Assembly (NCBI GenBank): GCA_021513695.1
Contig: CP084166.1
Coordinates: 192,001-256,000 of the forward strand
Direction of reading: 5' to 3'
From: Candidatus Heimdallarchaeum aukensis
GTDB taxonomy: Archaea > Asgardarchaeota > Heimdallarchaeia > Heimdallarchaeales > Heimdallarchaeaceae
DNA: 64,000 nt
Made by a program: the position numbers and the translations under genes. Below are positions 61,292 through 64,000 of this stretch, one piece after another. How positions within the stretch are numbered: the stretch's first letter is position 1; each line of letters starts with the position of its first letter. The notes below the pieces were generated by a model. That model saw only the letters and a list, made by a program, of their open reading frames with translations, did no database searches and was not told the origin of the DNA.

Positions 61292-64000
61292 TCAATCCAA
61301 TTTTAGCATTTTTATTTCTATTGGATCAAAGCCAACTTTTAATTTGTTTTCTACTTTTTCTAATTCCTTTACAACTGTTCCATCAATCATAATTTGATTT
61401 ACTTTAGAAACAGTAGCAGGTACTTGAATCGTAGTTTCTTGTTTCTTTTCAGATAGATTGTATAATGTAACTAAAATTGCTCCATCTTTCTTTCTTAATG
61501 AAGATATTCTGATAAAAGGGTTAGAATTGGTTATTATTGGTTCAATCTTTTTATTTTCACTGTTATTACTTACAACAATAGAAATAGGTTGTAAACAAGC
61601 ATTTTCAGAAAGATTATCTGAATAAACAATGTTCTTATTTTTGGAGTGAGCTACAATTGAATACTCAAACTCGAAAGACTTGTTTTCTTCTTGTGCTCCT
61701 GGAGTGTATAAAAAGGGGCCAGCATGCATAGGTCTTTCTGGAAAATCAGAACGAGATAACCAACCTACAGATCTGAGGAGTGTAAGACATAATTTTGAAC
61801 CTTCTACAAGCTCAACTTCAGGTAAACCTTTGTTTATTAAAGTAAAAGCTTCTTCACCTTTCTCATTTCCTACTCTGATCCACCTTTTCTGTGCTTGTAT
61901 TCCAGAAGGTTTTTCTACATAATTTTCTGCTTCTTTCGGATAAGAATTTCTTTCAATATAACCAAAATGAGTAGAAGTGTAAGTTTTTTTACTTGAGAAA
62001 GGTAATGAGAAAGTAATTCTTAAACGATGGTCTTTTGCAGTATTGAATATTTTTGTTTTTATATCAATTCGTGGAGAATCTCTGAAAAAAGTAAAATGAG
62101 TAACTACATCAATTTTTGTTTTTCCTATTCTCTTTTCTCTTTTCTCATCTAATTGCCTAAATGTTTTAAAAGTGGCTTTTTCTTCGACTACTGTGAAAAC
62201 TTCACCTTTTGTTATAATTCTTCTTTTAGTTTTTGACAATTTAGTCTTTACAGGACCTACAAAACTGTAAGTGTATTCATCTCCTCTATCTCCAGTGTCT
62301 TCAAATTGATGAAGTAGAGAATATTCAGTTTTTGTTTTCTTATCATAAAGAGAAAAGGAACCATTTCTCTTAAATTTGACAATATAATAATTGTTAGAAA
62401 TAGTATTCTTTGTTACATTAAATTCTTTTTGAGTTATTGTGTTATCATTTGCTTTTATTGATGAATTAACAGTAAAGCGAGTAAAAGACCAAGGTTTAAG
62501 AGGAGCAAATGAAGCGTATTTTTGCTTAACTCCTCTAGTAGCAACAACATGAAAAAGCTTAAACTTACCACTATTGATCATCTCTTTCAATTCTTTCTTC
62601 ATTTTATCGATATTTAGTTCACCAATAGGTTTCTTTCCACATATAATTTTAATCTCACAAATAGAGTTTTCCTCATCTTTGTTAATAATTACCTCATTGA
62701 TGTAATCATCAATTATTTTTCTACCAGGAAGAAGTTTTAATCCTGATTTTAACATCAATGGTTTCATCTTTTCGTCTAAAATTTTTTCTTGCGAACTATA
62801 AAGTGGTTGAATAGTGTATCTTTGACCGTCTTCACTTATTATCGTCTTTATAGGGAAGTCTAATGGAAAATCAAATTCAAAATAAGTAGGTTCACTACTA
62901 TTTGTCGGGTTGAAAATCATAATCTCTTTAGGCTTTTCAGATTCGTCTAAAGACATTTTAGCTAAAATATTTTCTAAAATGATGTTAGCAATACTTTCAG
63001 ACCAATAAAACCTTGATTTCATTTCTTCATGAGTTTGATCAATTGAACACCCACAAATCGAGTCATGAGGGTGGTTTTTTAGTAACCATTTCCAAGCTAA
63101 ATCTAAATAGGTTTTAGGATATTCAAACGTATAATAATAAGATAAATAAGTTGAAAGTGGTTCTGCATAATGTACAAGGAGATCCTCTATTTTTTGGTTC
63201 CACTGTTTAATCCAAACCCTACTGGAATATGTGTCTTGCAAAAGAGGAGCTCTTTCTGAAGAACGAAATTCTCCTGCATAATGAGCAGGTCCATAATTTT
63301 CCTTTTTCATTTTTTCATTCAATTTTTCTATGAATTCACTAAGAGAACCTAATTTTACTTCAAGATTTTCATATTTTATTTCTTTTAACATTCTGGGGAT
63401 TTTTTCCTTTGGAAATTGGTGGTCCGTTCCATTCATAAGTAAATATAAAGGAAAAGGAGAAAAACTTTCTAGATCTTTTACACAAGTTTCTATTTGAGAT
63501 TTAAGTTCTTCTTTATTTTCGTCTGTTAAATGAGCTGCATTTCCATATCCATAAGGCATGTAAATTCCTAAAATTGATTTAGTAGAGTTTTCATTTCCTT
63601 TCCAAATGAAGGGTACTGTATTTATTTCCTCTCCTACTCCTCTCCAGATAATAGAACCAGAAAAATCAGTTAAATCTGAAACTAATTGAGGAATAGCTCT
63701 TGTATGACCAAACTGGTCAGGAAGATAAGCGAGTTTCATTAATGGAATGTTGTATTTTTTTGAAAGATTATAACTAACTTCAAGATTTCTTATCAAACTT
63801 TCTTGTCCAACTAACCATTCGTCTGGAAGAACATACCAGGGTCCTACTTCAATTTTTCCTTTTTTAATCAAATCCAGTAATTCTTCTTTATTTTCTTTTC
63901 TAATCTCAAAATAATCTTCCAAAACTATAGTTTGTCCATCTAGCATAAAGTAATAATCTTGTTTTCTATTTATCTCAATTAGCTTGTCGATTAATTTTAC
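61292..64000 (-). CDS. Glycoside hydrolase family 38 (alpha-mannosidase). The N-terminus lies beyond the window end.
   Basis: LPDQFGH and NHPHDSICGCS are GH38 catalytic-region motifs. The ORF stays open upstream of 63946 to position 64000. Confidence 0.75.
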   Translation of the reverse strand, partial: VKLIDKLIEINRKQDYYFMLDGQTIVLEDYFEIRKENKEELLDLIKKGKIEVGPWYVLPDEWLVGQESLIRNLEVSYNLSKKYNIPLMKLAYLPDQFGHTRAIPQLVSDLTDFSGSIIWRGVGEEINTVPFIWKGNENSTKSILGIYMPYGYGNAAHLTDENKEELKSQIETCVKDLESFSPFPLYLLMNGTDHQFPKEKIPRMLKEIKYENLEVKLGSLSEFIEKLNEKMKKENYGPAHYAGEFRSSERAPLLQDTYSSRVWIKQWNQKIEDLLVHYAEPLSTYLSYYYTFEYPKTYLDLAWKWLLKNHPHDSICGCSIDQTHEEMKSRFYWSESIANIILENILAKMSLDESEKPKEIMIFNPTNSSEPTYFEFDFPLDFPIKTIISEDGQRYTIQPLYSSQEKILDEKMKPLMLKSGLKLLPGRKIIDDYINEVIINKDEENSICEIKIICGKKPIGELNIDKMKKELKEMINSGKFKLFHVVATRGVKQKYASFAPLKPWSFTRFTVNSSIKANDNTITQKEFNVTKNTISNNYYIVKFKRNGSFSLYDKKTKTEYSLLHQFEDTGDRGDEYTYSFVGPVKTKLSKTKRRIITKGEVFTVVEEKATFKTFRQLDEKREKRIGKTKIDVVTHFTFFRDSPRIDIKTKIFNTAKDHRLRITFSLPFSSKKTYTSTHFGYIERNSYPKEAENYVEKPSGIQAQKRWIRVGNEKGEEAFTLINKGLPEVELVEGSKLCLTLLRSVGWLSRSDFPERPMHAGPFLYTPGAQEENKSFEFEYSIVAHSKNKNIVYSDNLSENACLQPISIVVSNNSENKKIEPIITNSNPFIRISSLRKKDGAILVTLYNLSEKKQETTIQVPATVSKVNQIMIDGTVVKELEKVENKLKVGFDPIEIKMLKLD

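Overview
This 64 kb window is very AT-rich (roughly 30% GC), densely coding archaeal DNA. Its gene content points to an Asgard (Lokiarchaeia-like) genome. It carries a Rab/Ras-type small GTPase with all G1-G5 motifs, two large tandem TPR proteins whose C-termini resemble roadblock/LC7 domains, a TFIIB homologue, a histone-fold protein with a lysine-rich N-terminal tail, and a classical C2H2 zinc finger protein. Recognisable metabolism includes a complete group-3b-type [NiFe] sulfhydrogenase operon (hydB-G-D-A plus an HycI-type maturation protease), split 2-oxoacid:ferredoxin oxidoreductase alpha and beta genes, a Sat-CysC fusion, a TauE/SafE exporter, a bacterial-type riboflavin operon (ribE-ribBA-ribH), a MacB/FtsX-type ABC transporter with two ATPases, a TldD/TldE pair, a redox island (glutaredoxin-FTR fusion, nitroreductase, peroxiredoxin), a GH38 alpha-mannosidase and several membrane proteins. 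No rRNA, tRNA, CRISPR array or obvious mobile element was found. The most unusual items are listed below. A threonine-synthase-like protein whose PLP-binding lysine codon is replaced by arginine is fused to an N-terminal zinc ribbon and a C-terminal PadR-type winged helix. A zinc-ribbon SF2 helicase is translationally coupled to a polytopic membrane protein. The small GTPase sits in a locus with TPR-roadblock paralogues, flanked by two paralogous Cys-rich proteins. A TrmB regulator gene has two upstream palindromes sharing one half-site. A GC-elevated hairpin-rich segment lies inside a decayed membrane-protein pseudogene. All calls rest on reading translated motifs by eye; no database search was possible.
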